DNA of 64,000 nucleotides, from NCBI GenBank assembly GCA_000708835.1, contig DF237382.1, forward strand, positions 1 through 64,000, in the 5' to 3' direction. Under the pieces are notes generated by a model. It saw only the letters and a list, made by a program, of their open reading frames with translations. It was not told where the DNA came from and made no database searches. The stretch's first letter is position 1. Every line of letters starts with the position of its first letter. The DNA comes from Klebsormidium nitens (taxonomy: Eukaryota > Plantae > Klebsormidiophyceae). Below are positions 35,763 to 48,420 of the stretch, in pieces. The position numbers were made by a program, and so were the translations under genes.

Positions 35763-36519
35763 GCGGGGGGATCCCTCTGGTAAGCTGTCGTCTCGTGCGA
35801 AGTGCGGATGCCGGACGAAGGAGGGTTAGGAGGCGAGAAAACGCGACGCTTCTGTAAGGCCTTCGAACTGCCTGGGTTAGACGGAGCTATTAATCTAACA
35901 TTCGGAAAGTGGAACGGTATCTGTGTGCGGTATCTTTTCCTTCTTTTTACACGTGGGCAGTTTTCATGTGCTTGCTCCGCCTTCCATAGGTGCAAGTAGT
36001 ATGTGGAGCGGTAAAGCAATACGCATACCGGAACGAAAAATCGAAGAGTGCGGGCTCCTTTGGATGGATGTGGAGACCTGTTGTTGATCACTGTCGTAGA
36101 TGACGTTGCATCCAATGAGCTTGCACGGAACTTTCGACTCAAGACGATTCAAACGCTGAATCATCTTCTGTTTCCACAGGATCTGCACAGGCGTTGCGCC
36201 GATCCAGGCGCACCAAGAGACTCGCTACTTGGAGGAAGCGGGCGGCGGTCACAGGGAGTAAATGGGATCCTTGCCAAGTAAAAAGGAGCATATTTCTTGT
36301 AAATTCGGCTTAGAAAGGATTCTGTCCGGTAATAAGTCAGATCAAACAGTATCCGCTTCGAAAGGACCGGTCCGCGCGTGATACTCTCGAAAAGTCTTCC
36401 TGTCGCCAATCACACGCTCGGACCATCAATTCCGGTAGATAAGGCTGCACGGCTCAAGCTGTTCTTGTTCTGAATGAGCATTTGCGAGGCAGGTCACTCT
36501 GCTTCTGAAGAAGCAGCTT

Positions 36520-37210
36520 ATTGACGCCATGGAAGCACAACATGTGCAACCTATTTGAGCGTCACCTCGAGTAACGCAATCCCTAAAGAACACACAAGCT
36601 AATATTTCGGCGTTGGCTTTTTTGGCAGAGTGCATGTGCAATGATTACAAAGTTTCGAAAGGTCTGCGGCATGCGAGTTCTTTACGAAATAACGAAGTTT
36701 GTGCGCTTCATGACTGCATTGACGATGCTGTCCGACACGCGGCACATGAGTGATCTGCGTATGTTTGAGCGCAATGCAAGACGTATTATAATGGGACGAC
36801 AATCGCCAGCTCTTTGAACATGTCGGGACCTGTTAGTACGTCATCTGCGACTGCATGCGCGCACGCCGCTAAACATGCGAGCGCCCTTCCAAAAGCTAGA
36901 TCGACTAGAAACGCTGCCATGCATCACGGTTGCACGGGCGGGCCGTGCATGGTTGCATCCCGGCTTGATTGGGTAGCTAGCCCGGCTTTGAATCATTTGA
37001 CCCACATCGATGGAGCCTTTGAGCCTGCAGCTAATGTTGCTTTCACACATCTGCGCAAACACCTGTACCATTGACATGCATAGGTATTTGCGACACGCAT
37101 CTGTACCTTATGCGGCATACCGCCGGCCAAAATGAAGCTAATACAAGTACTTCAGGTATTATGCGCAAAGTCGAACATGGCATGCCAGAATGCCACCAGA
37201 ATCATCGGTC
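36520..37210. other. RY-rich patch 4 in the convergent intergenic region DUF3339-like/DHX37
   Basis: gtgcatgtgcaatg, ctgcatgcgcgcacg, gccatgcatcacggttgcac, gtgcatggttgcatcc, catggcatgcc. Confidence 0.75.
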
Positions 37211-37421
37211 AAAGCGCGATTCATATATTTCATACTTACCTGTACGACAGCTGATTGACGAATGTGGTGCTCGACTCATCCAATCGTTGCAAAACCTGCA
37301 GACCGGCCAAGTTATAGGCCCGAATTAGCTTAAGGCTAGACCTGATCCTACGCCGCTCAAATTTTTGGTACTTTAACTGCTGAACATGTTTGAGCTAGCT
37401 TTCACTCCTAGACACCGCTAG

Positions 37422-40400
37422 TCACAGGTCCAGACCGGCCTCTCTCAGCAGCCCCTCCCAAATCTCCGCCAGTACCGCCCTCTTCTCCGGGCGCACCCAC
37501 AGCGACAGCTCCTCGAACAAAAACCTCTGTTCCCCCTCCCACCACCGCCGCAACGCCTCCCTCGAGTCCACCCCCCCAAGCCGAGCCAAAATCTCGCCCA
37601 CGCGTTTCTGCCCCGCCGCGTCAGGCTTTAGAATGTCGGTCGGGGGCCCCGTCAGACTCTCCGCCAGTGCCAACAAACCCTGCAGAACCCGGCCCTGTAG
37701 GAGCGCGACCGCGAACGCCGCGGTTTTGGCCTTCCCCGGTTTTAGCTCGGTGGCGTGGAGCGGAAGGCTCCACTGCTGCGGGCCGAAAGTGGGCTGCATC
37801 CAGCACATGATGCGGTCCGTGGCCGATTCGTACCAGGGCGGCGGGTCTGCGAGCGGTTTGGACAGCTGGCAGAGCGCGGACGCCTCGACGGGGAGCCACC
37901 GGACGTCCACTGCGGTCACGCCCTGCGAAAGCAATGGAAGAGCGTCAAAGGTGGCTCCGGGGTACCGTTGAGTGCCCTCAATACCATTTTTAGTCGGTAG
38001 CTTATGGTCAGCGATTTACAAAAGGGGAAAATGTTGCAGCCTTGTACTCCTGGGTGCTTGCTGGAGTCGAGGGAGACGTGCTCGGTGGAATTAAGAATAG
38101 GCAGCACAAAGTGCGGACGAGCGAGAATTCCCAGGCGCCATCACGTCGCCTTGAGAGCTCACGTAGAAAGCGAAGGTACGCTGTTTGAAATGTGGACTGC
38201 AAGTGTTCAGGGACCCTCCTGCCTGGCGCGAACTCTGAGCTGAGGTGAACCAACGATAGCAATCGACTCACATCTGCACACGTCATCCCTTACCTGCATG
38301 TACGTCCGCTTCTCGGTCTGCACCAAGTCTGCATAGCACACGAAGTCCGGCGCGTCCCGGGCCGCAGACGTTCCGGGGTGCAGGAACACCACCCCGGGCG
38401 CCGAGCACGCCTGGTACCGCACTGCGCGCCGCGACTTCTCCGCCTCTAGTTCGCCCGGTACGCTCTCCCCCGGACGCAGTTTCCGAGCGACCCGATCCGC
38501 CCATCCGGCGCAAATCGCGCGGCGCAGCTTCGCCTCGTCGCCCTTTCCGAGCGGCTCCCGGAGGGCCGTTTCCAACCGTTCGACGCTCCGCTTCTCGCGC
38601 GCCTGTCGGGTTAGAACCGGGCTCTTCTCCGCGGTATCGGGGCCGACGCCGGGAACGGATTCTACTTCCTCCCGTGCGAGGTTCGCGCCCACGAGCCGCG
38701 TCAGCTGCTCCCGTAGCTGCGCCATCTCTTTCATCGTCCGCGCATGCAAGTGGTTTTCGAAACAAAACTGCTCCCCCGCCGAGGGCCCTATTTGGCCCAC
38801 TCTCTCCCCGGCCGCCTGCACGAACTCCTCATACGCAACCAGAGCGGCCGCGGCTGACAGGGCCTCGCTTCCGGGAACTGTGAACTTCGCATGGGCCGCA
38901 CGCGCGGCCGCCCGTCGCTTCCGCCGCCGCTCCTTCTCCTCGTCTTCCGCTTTCTTGCTCGCCTTCTCCGCTCGGATTTCGTCCCCTTCCTCGCCCCAGT
39001 CATCCACGCCAGAAATTTTTTTTGCCTCCTTTTCATTCGCCTCTTCTGGCCCTCCTCTCTCGCCACTTTTAGCGTCTAAACCCTCAAACCCTTCGCGTAA
39101 GAACGGGCTTTCGGAGCTCAGAGCGGCCGCGGCCGCGACCGCGTGCGCCAACAGCCGCAGCCCTTTCTTCGGGGTTTTGGGGTTTTCGCCCATTCCAAGC
39201 GCGGCCAAAAGCATGCGCGCGTGGCGGGGGCTGATTGGATACGAGGACATGGCTTTGCCAAGGGTAGTGATCGTGGTCGAAGTTGGGTAAAGTGCGGCTA
39301 AGGAAACGAGGGTGCGTTCGGCAGTGGATAGGGCGGAGCGGTCAGGGGGCGTGGGGAAGGGAAAGTTCACGACCTGCAAGGAAAAATAAAAAGCATCTTA
39401 GGTTCCGGCAGAGCCTCAACCATCTGTGAAAATGCAAGCTGGAGCCAAGCAGAGCGAACAGTGCAAACGCATCAAACTGTCGCTGTCATTCGTTGCTCTG
39501 TTGAACATAAGAATAACAATCTTCTTGAGCTGCCGAAAGCAGGCAGCGAAGGGAGATCTGAGGCACGATCATGAACAGTACAGTGATCGAATAAGTGTGC
39601 AATAAATCGTCCGGAGCGAGGATAACACTTCGCCATTTCCAAAAGCAGCTCTTGAGATTAATGTAGGTACCTATCATTCTCATCTGAAGTGGGGGTTCCG
39701 GCCAACAAAGTAGAAGCTCCACAGGTGCCCACCTTCTCGATGCCCATGGCCTTCATCTGCAGCACGACTCCCTCGATCGGCGCGCTCTCGATCTCGGGCG
39801 GCGCGTGCTGCGGGAACTGGTCCGTAAACACCGCCGACGAATACAACCGGTAGCAGTGCCCCGGGCCGACTCTCCCCGCCCTCCCCGCGCGCTGGTCCGC
39901 CGACGCTTTGCTTATCCACTTCACTTCGAATTTGGACAGTCCGCTGCCGCGTTCGAACGTCCGTTCTTTCGCTCGTCCGCAGTCCACGACGTACCGAATC
40001 CCCGGAATAGTGAGACTCGTCTCGGCCACGTTCGTGGCGACCACCACCAGGCGGTGGCCCTCCGGCGGGTCAACGAAAACGCGCAGCTGGGCCGCGGCCG
40101 GGAGCATCGCGTAGAGCGGCAGCACGTGGAGCGGACCCGGGCGGTCGTCTTCGCCTTCCAACTCTGAATCTTCGCTTCCATCTTTTCCAGTCTGAGCCTT
40201 CCCTCCATTTTCTTCCTGCTCTTCGTGATCTTCAGTTTTGGCATTGCCTGTCTTCGGTGGGTGTACATCGGCCCCGGAAGCAGGCTCCCCGTCCGCGTCC
40301 TCGCCCTCCGCGGCCCCATTCACACCGTCACCGTCCCCGTCCATCTCGTCACGCCCAAACCCTAACCCACCTTCCACGTCATCCCCGTCAGCAGCGGCCC

Positions 40401-43400
40401 CGATGACGTCATCATCCAGCGGACTGCTCTCTCCCTCTTTTCCCCCGCTCTTTGCTTCCGCCGCCTTACCTCCCCGGTTTGAGCTCTTCTTCGCGGGTTC
40501 CGTGAGGTTTGAGGGCTTCGTACGCCGGACAGGGAAGGCCCGCCGCAGTCGCCGGCACAGGTCCTCCACCTCGCGCTGTCCGGTGAGGAAGACGAGCACT
40601 CCCCCGGGAGGAAGCTGCTTATGGATAGCACGTACCTGCGCAAGCAGAAAAGCAATCAGGTCTACGCAAAGCTCAGGCGACCAACGAGGCCGACGAGCAA
40701 TTGTCTGAGAGGAATCTGCTTGTGGATGGCACGTACCTGCGAAAGTGGAAGACAAAATATGGTTTACGAAAAGCCTGGGAAACCAACGAGGCTAACGCCC
40801 GCCACTCCCACGCAGCCCACACAGCTCCTTTCGCTCGCGGAAGTGGAACGAAACCAGGAGTTTAGCGCACGGCATCAAAACCTGGTTTTCTCTGTTCTGG
40901 GCCCCTATAAATTTCGAGATCCAATTTCCGTCCACTTGCTGAAGTGCACCATAACCGGGAACTGGCGCGCGACCACGGTCGATCTATTTTGAAATCTCAA
41001 ATCGTAGAGCTAGTAGAGTCCCGACACCCAAACACGAAGAAGCGGCGGTTTGAAGCCGTATCTCGTTCTTGGCCGCGATCACGTAGTCCACCAGCTCCCA
41101 GCGCTTGCTGAAGTGCGACGTGACCGGGAACTGGACTGCCACCTTTGAACCTTGACATCTTCTTTATGGAAGGCTCGAAAGTTTACCAAGTGATTTCAAC
41201 GACCAAACACGAGATTGGCGGCGACAAGAAGCCCTACCTTTTGCTCTGCCGCCCCGACGTAGTCCACCAGCTCCGTCCGCTTGCTGAAGTGCACCGTCAC
41301 CGGGAACTGGCGCGCGGCGACCTTGACAACGGGCGGCGGGGCGGGGCACAGCCGCGCGTTGCCCACAAAGTCCTCGATGCGCAGCGTGGCACTCATGACA
41401 ATCAGCTTCAGGGGGTGTACGTCGGCCCGTTCCGACGACAGTTGCTGCAGCGAAGAGAATCAATCGTTTCAGAAATGATCGGCGACACACTTTGAGCTGA
41501 TGAGCCAAGGTATTTGTGCAGCACTGAAAGAATACATGGCATAAGCTACAGGAGGTGCAATCAGAGCCGCTCAAACGTCAATTGCTGCAGCCAAGCAGAG
41601 GCCAGTAGCAAGACAGCATCAGTCAGAGAGAGGCGACCTTGAGGGTCCACTTGAACAAGTGCAAGACAAAGATACGCCAAAACATGCGGGATGCTTGACT
41701 GGATAAGTCTGCTCGCTAAGTGGAAACGGACGTCCGACTCACCCTGCGCAGAGGCACAATCCTGGAGAGCAGCCCAATGAGGACATCCGTGTTCAGGCTC
41801 CGCTCGTGGGCCTCGTCGATGATAATGCACGAGTACTGCCGCAGCAAAAAGTCCGACTGCACAGAGGTGGACAAGGTACTTAGGAAGAAGCCCAGGGTGA
41901 ACGGGGCGAGTATTTGAACTAATGTGAGTGAAGAGAGCCCAGATAGATCCAGCAGAATAGCCCTGACTGTGCACGCGACTGGCGTGCTCTTCAAGCGAAG
42001 ACGTGGGTGAAGCAGATGCAAGGGCAAAAGATTTGTGCATGAATTATGGATCGGCAAAATAGTCTCGCCTGAGAATTCCATAACTTCATCAGACAAAGTT
42101 GAAGCTGCATATATGGTTAGGTCGTTCTACAGTTTCGGACCCAGATACTCACGCTCTCTACTCCAAAATCCACCTACCCCCAAAGCGAACCGCATCCGTT
42201 CCCCGGCCTTCGACTTCGTGTTCACACGGCTTAGTGATCCAAAAACTGGAACTTCTATACTTTCCTCTCACCTGCACCTCCCGCAACAGAATACCGTCCG
42301 TCATGAACTTGATCGCGCCATCGCCGCATACTCGCCGGTCGTACCGCACCTGGAAGCCCACCTCCCCCCCAAGCCGCACGCCTAGTTCCTGCGCCACTCG
42401 CCTCGCGGTTGCCAACGCGGCCACGCGCCGTGGCTGCGTCACGCCCACGGCTCCCGCTCGTCCGGGGCAGTCCTTGCAACCGTAGCCCGCTTCGAAGAGG
42501 AACTGCACGAAGGGCGGACCGTCCCCGTTGGCAGTGCCTTTCGGAGTGCCTGAGCGTTAAGGTGAGAGGGAATGCTTCCGACATGCTGCTGATCCGTGCT
42601 TGGAGTAACGTCAAAGTGACAACCAAACCGGAGGGCTGCATTGCTTGCAACGCTGCTTTCCAACCCTGCCCAAGGTGGGTGCCCCTCTGAAAAAGAAGCT
42701 GGCTGATAAAAGCAGGTCGCCAGGGGCCTACCCTTTGCAGAGTCCAACCCCCGACACATTCGCCTGCTAAGGTCTGGGTATGCTCCTATCAAGGGTTGGC
42801 ACATGCCCGATCCTTGAAGAGGCAACTATCCGTTCAGGGCAAGCAGGTGGTGAGCGACAATTCAGAACCGCCCAATCAATTTCTTGTTGATTGACTCTGT
42901 GAAACTGCCCCAATCCGGTAGACAACGAGGCCCGCCCCTGTGAGGCCTTGTCAACATGGAGAATACACAATAAGGCGAAAGGAAAGAAGATTAGGTGGTG
43001 GTGGGGTAAAGCTTGCAGAAGTCTACACAGGAGTTGGCGTCAGGGTCTACATTGTTATCTCGACATCGTGCCGGGGCACTCCGCAAGTTTGAGACATTTT
43101 CTTTCATCATCCGCCAACCCCTGGGTGCTTGTAAATCCCCAAATTCAGCTTCGAAGTCGCTTAGTCCGATCCGAGGTAGAGAGACTTCCACCGACACCCG
43201 AAGCAGGGCCTCTTCTATGCGGGACAACAAGTAACAAAAAATATGTAAAAACACAGGACGAAACCATTATGGAACACAGGAGGAAACGAATGATAGGAAC
43301 GCTTTCCGCCTTCACCTGCGGCACCTGTGTGGTCTTTCCGCACCCGGTCTCTCCGCAGATGACAACTAGATCATGCTCCGCCACCGCCTCCATAATCTCC

Positions 43401-45868
43401 TGCTCCATGCCCAAAATGGGCAGCCCCAGCCGCGCCTCCGCGATGTCCGGATCCCGCTGCAACGTTCGAACAAAGGGCGTCCGCCTGACTGCCCGCTCAT
43501 CGCCATTTTCGTCTTTCTTTACTTCCTGCCTTTCCCCCTCAACTCCTTCCTCTTGATCCACCTCAACAGCTCCCTCTTTCTCCGCCATCTTCCTGCGCTT
43601 TTTCTTGTTTTCGCTCCTTTTCGAGATGTCTGCACCATTGGGCGGGGCGCCCGTTCCGTTGCTAGCAACGGTTTCGGGTTGGACGCCGTGTGCGGGGACT
43701 GGGGAGACCCCCGACGTTGGGGTCTCGGACGGTACTGCAGCGGCGGCTGGAGCGTCCTTCGCACTTTTCCTCCTCTGCTTCTTGCTTTTCTTCCTTCCAG
43801 TCTCGTTGGCAGAGTCTTCGCCCACCGTTTGACTCCCGGATGCAGCTTCTGCTGCAAGCATACCCTCAGCACCTCGTTTCTGGCCAACTAACGTCTCGTT
43901 CCCATTCTGCCGCTGTCCTTTGGCCACTGGTGGTTCCCGGACCCCTTCCTCCTTCGTTCCTTTCTGCTGCTTTCCGTCGGCCCTCTCTAAGCCCTCCCCA
44001 ACAAGCCCAGCCTTTTGAGATGGCGCCGAAAGATTAACCCCTCCCACAGGTGAACTCAGCGGCCCCGCCAAAGCGCCGCTGCTCCTTCTGACCTCTAGGT
44101 CTTCTTCTGTAACATCATCGCCGCTGATCCTCAGCTTCGACTTCACCTTCCCTCTGCTCCGGCGCACCTTCTCCGGCTCCTCGCTGACATCGTCATCCCT
44201 ATCTCCGCTTCTTCCGTCAACCACCTTCGGGTCATCATTTACTACCACCCCAAACCCCTTCACTTCCCTAACTAGATTGACATTCTTGGGAGCGATCACA
44301 CCAAAGCCATTCCCATTTCCTCCCCCTTCTTCTTCCTCTTCGCTGTTCCCCCCGGTCTGCCGTTCCCGGAAGAGCCGGGAGTCAGCGGGCGCCTCCAGCC
44401 CCACCTTCTGGAACTGCATGGCCCGGTGTAGTTTCTGCTTGAGCGTCTCTGCCTGCCCAAGGGCGCCACTGGGGCGCAGCAAGCGCTGCTGCTCCTCGGA
44501 GAGACGGTGCTGCTCCAGAGAGGCCAGGACGGCCGCTCGCTTCTCGCGCGCATCCTTCTCCTCCTGAAAGTTGGGGACTCTGACTTTTGGGTCAAGGTTC
44601 TTCACAATCTCTTTGAGAGGCTTTATACTGCATCTGATGAAGGAATTTAACATCCACACACTCTCTTATTAATGCGTTCATCTTCATATGGGTCTGCAGC
44701 AGCACACATGGAAGGTTCGAAGGAAGCTTGGAGTAGAGTGGCGGCTCCTTACAAAGCAACAGTGCGTGCTTTTCCAATGGCTCCACAAAGCAGGAAAGAA
44801 AACGGTAGATCTAGAGCTGCCTGTAGTACACCGGCAACTTGTGGTAGTCAGAGTTTCTACAAGGCTGGCCCCAGGGCCCCAAAAATATCGTCGTCCTTTT
44901 TTGACTAAAGTCAATGGTAATTATCAGGAGATTGAAAAGATTCTGATTTACCTGCAGGCGGCGAAGTTTCCTTTTCTGGTTCTTGCTCAGCACCGCGGCT
45001 GACTCTTTCTGGGGCCCATCCTCACGCCTGCGCTTCTTGGACCCAGCCAGCACGAGCGCGTTGCTGCCATCACCACTGTTGAGTGGAATGAGCGCGCAAA
45101 TGAGAGAAGGGCAACAAGTTTTCCAAATCATGTCACTGGAATACTATCACGAAAGAGAAAATATATCTAGAACTTCAGCTAACAGCTGATGAAGTGATTG
45201 GGGGCTGCTGCTTTTGAAAAGCAGTGACTGATATCAGGCCACCTGCTTATGTGAGAGGTGAGGACACAATCCTTCAATTTCACACCATTTGCCGATGCTT
45301 GATTGTTATAAGAAACGAAATTGCCATAAATCATCAACAGCTAAATCACGCGGACATAATCTTAAGGAACAAACGACGACCACCGGCACCACTGCAATCA
45401 CCACCATCCCCAAAATCACCACCCTCGGGCTACCACCAAAACCATCACCACCATCAAAGTCGTGGTACTTTTAAGAGACTCCATCAGAACCACCACCAAA
45501 AGCACAAATAACCACCACTAACCACCACCACCAACCACTCACAATTATGAAGACTGCATAAGCTCCGATTCTACAAGTAACCAAGGTATACTACGGCATC
45601 AGGATTCTGTTCCTAAAGGATCATGTCTGTGTCCACAGCACTGATTCCTCCTACTCCTCTGACAATTGCAACTGTCAAAGGAGACAAAATCTATCGAGGG
45701 TGGCAATGGATCATCTGTGATCCCTCCTCACCTTGCACTGCCCAACTCTGCCGCCAGCTCAGGTGACAGCAGCGGACCATCTAGGCTAGCATCGGTAGGT
45801 GGCTGTACATAAGCCCTCTGGGACTGCTTGCCCTTTGCCTCATTCCGCTGCTGCTTCTTGCTCTTCAT
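37422..45868 (-). CDS. DHX37: DEAH-box RNA helicase DHX37/Dhr1 (Ecm16) type, small-subunit ribosome biogenesis
   Basis: The ATG at 45868 ([15 protein letters not shown]) splices to [15 protein letters not shown]. Motifs across exons: [113 protein letters not shown]. The stop is at 37422. The long charged N-terminus and acidic insert are typical of Dhr1. Confidence 0.93.
40692..41148 (-). repeat. Echoes of both flanking exon edges inside one DHX37 intron (41237-40636)
   Basis: Upstream-exon echoes lie at ~41070-41148 ([22 protein letters not shown]) and ~40927-40978 ([16 protein letters not shown]), versus the real [24 protein letters not shown] downstream-exon echo at 40736-40692 (cgcag|[10 protein letters not shown]) compares with the real cgcag|[10 protein letters not shown] at 40635. 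Confidence 0.9.
45376..45540. repeat. Degenerate (ACC/CAC)n low-complexity tract in DHX37 intron 1
   Basis: Many accacc/caccac units, e.g. ataaccaccactaaccaccaccaccaaccac. Confidence 0.7.
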
Positions 45869-45887
45869 TCTCACAAAATTAGGAAAG

Positions 45888-45896
45888 AAACCCTAA
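45888..45896. promoter_or_regulatory. Telo-box (AAACCCTAA) 20 nt upstream of the DHX37 ATG, in the DHX37/SPCS1 bidirectional promoter
   Basis: Exact motif. Telo-boxes are established in plant ribosome-biogenesis genes. Confidence 0.55.
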
Positions 45897-46342
45897 TGCC
45901 GTGGAAATGCAATCTCAATCAACTTTAAAAGGTCTTGACAGAACAGCATCCTGGAAAATATTCAGGGACTGTTGCCTTCGTTCAACAGCTGCTCTTGCCT
46001 GGCTAGCCAGCCATACCTACTTGGATGAAAGGAACGCTGCTGCGCAGGCAGCAGGGCTCCCACTCTTGAGACTTGAGCTCTCAAACTTGGTTCACCGTCA
46101 GTTCATCTGCTGTTCTGTTTCAACTTTCAGCCATTCATAGAAGATGAGACGCGTTACCAAGCTTGGACAAAGATTCAGGATAAGACAAGAGTCGATGGGT
46201 GAGCGACTACGACCGTAACGCTGACACTCCTAAAGCAAGGGAGTTCGTCTTGGTAATACATACCTAGATCAAAACTTCTTCATTGTCCTTGCAGCTTGCA
46301 TGCTGGCCTGCGGCGGTCCTAAAGCCTAAGGCGGCCGCCATT

Positions 46343-47528
46343 ATGGTGAGTGTTCTGCTTGTTTTCTGCATGGTTTCTTTCTTCTTCCTGGACTTGGTCG
46401 GTTGAGCATCAGATGCAGCCTTGCGTTCGTTCCCCGGCGGTTGAAAGCAGGAAGATAAGGTGGACCGGTAACTATTCGTCTGCCGGCTGTATTGGCGGCC
46501 TCTCATCCTTGTTGAAGAGAAGTACATGTCAGTTGTGGGACTGAAGGCAGTAGTCCGTCTACAGAGCATCTTGGAGTCCGTATACAGAGCATCTTCAGCT
46601 CTGTAGCTGTCTGCTGTTCTCATTGGTTTGCATGTCTTTCGTCCAGCAGGCGCTAGCTACAATTTCGTTGAACATGAGTCTATCTGCAGATGTGTGACAA
46701 CACAGATGTGTAAGTCTATAATCCATGATACAAAATAAGTTTAATGTGCCAGTCATTGCTGATTTTCCTGACATTGCAAAGTCTGCTTCATCGTTGCTGC
46801 ACTGCATGCACTGCTAATCTGGCTCATGTTGACATGCTTGCAGGACTATGAAGGCCAGCGACTGTCGGAGCAGATCATGCAATGGCTGATCATTGTTGCC
46901 GCAGTAAGTGCACGTATAGCGAGTTTGCTGTGGCGGAATTGGCTTGCCGCTTTTTTGCATCATCAACATTCGTTCAGACAGGTTTGACACCTTGGCGTTG
47001 GAGCTCAATGCAAAGGTTGATCCACACATTTGTATTTGCATGCTGATTTTAGATGCATTAAAATGCTGTTGAAGGTGATTGCCGCAGTCGGGGTGATTTT
47101 TGCTTCCATTCTGCAGGTCATAGGGTTCTTAGCTGGTTACATCACATCCTCATACCGTCTGATGCTGGAAATCTACACTGGAGGGATGGTTCTGGCCTTC
47201 TTGGTGAGTGCATTCCCAGATCGTTAGAGCAGTGGATTCAACTGGATATACTGGTTGCTGAATGACCAGGCAAATATGCTCACTGCCAACTGCTCCTTGC
47301 CTTGTTGGAACTTCTGTGATGCAATTGAGGAAGAGCTGTCTCTCCTCAAATTTGACTTCTCTCTGCCAAATGCAGCTGGCTGTACCAGACTGGCCGTACT
47401 TCAATTGGCACAAGTTATCGTGGCTTCCTGAGCAGCCTCCCAGTGAAGATGAAGCAGCGGCTTCCTCTTCAACATTGGCTGTGCAAAAGTCGAAACAAGG
47501 AAAACGAAGTTCCAAAGGCAAGCGCTAG
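46343..47528 (+). CDS. SPCS1: Signal peptidase complex subunit 1 (SPC12)
   Basis: Exons 46343-46345 (ATG only), 46844-46903, 47117-47203 and 47376-47528 total 303 nt: MDYEGQRLSEQIMQWLIIVAAVIGFLAGYITSSYRLMLEIYTGGMVLAFLLAVPDWPYFNWHKLSWLPE... Confidence 0.93.
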
Positions 47529-47989
47529 AAAATCTTACCTAGAGATCAGGTGCAGCAGTGAGTTGGGTTACAAGGATGTTGTTGTCAAGGACATCAACAG
47601 TCTTAGCAAAGCAGGCTCCCTTGATTCCGAGTGGTCTCGGATGCGGGCTTCAAACCCGTAGCGGCCTAGCGGCCGAGCTGTTCGATTCAGCCTAGGGAGC
47701 GGACTTGGTGCGCGTAAGTTTGACCAAAAATGGAGCTAATGTGTAGATTGGTAGTCAATGTTCTTCCATACAAGCTCCTTCCCGAACAGCAGTAACTAGT
47801 ACTGATCCCAGGTTTGAGTTTTCAGAGTGGCCCTCCCCGTTTGAGCCTCTTCTTTGGCAAAAGGGGAAAGTTTTGTGCTTCTGCTCAAAAAATGAAGAGG
47901 CTCGTCGCTGGCAATTACAAGACGTTTGCAACACTCCGAATTTGTTCCTCGTCTACATTCTTACAGCAATCTGAACTGCATAAAACGCA

Positions 47990-48420
47990 AAGATGGGTAT
48001 TGGCAGAGGGCGCATGTACAGGTGACTGTATGTGATGCTGCCATGCCACCAAAGGCCATTATATATAATGCCAGATAAGTATATAACAGATAAGAAATGT
48101 GATTTTCCAGCAATGGTAGGGGTACTTATGTATACGCACTTCGCATTGAACCATAATAACTGGCCAAGTAATCGAAGCGTAAATTCCAGCTAAGTAGATA
48201 TACTGCGTGACACACTGAATGTTGATTATACAGTGCCTTGCTAGTACGCGCATTCATTGCTGCGGTATGCACGCGCCAATTAACTTAGCTCTAGTTAAAG
48301 CTTGTATACTTGTGATTGAGCATGATCGACGTCACACTCGAGGACTGCAATTGGCCATGCAGGCCATGCTGCACCTACAATTCTCACTGGCTTGTATGGC
48401 ACATACTTAAATTGCAAGAG
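47990..48420. other. RY-rich patch 5 in the convergent intergenic region SPCS1/Rieske gene
   Basis: gcgcatgtacag, gctgccatgcc, cggtatgcacgcg, gagcatgatcg, ggccatgcaggccatgctgcacc. Confidence 0.65.

Noticed and set aside
38283-44595. Numerous long antisense or alternate-frame ORFs overlapping DHX37 exons (e.g. 39805-40167, 40238-40708, 43373-43891)
   Set aside because: Shadow ORFs of GC-rich coding exons, with no recognisable motifs.
47075-47116. In-frame alternative acceptor adding VIAAVGVIFASILQ to SPCS1, with a short ttgccgcagt match to the exon-2 end
   Set aside because: The match is only about 10 nt and the upstream acceptor is weak, so it cannot be counted as an echo or isoform without RNA data.
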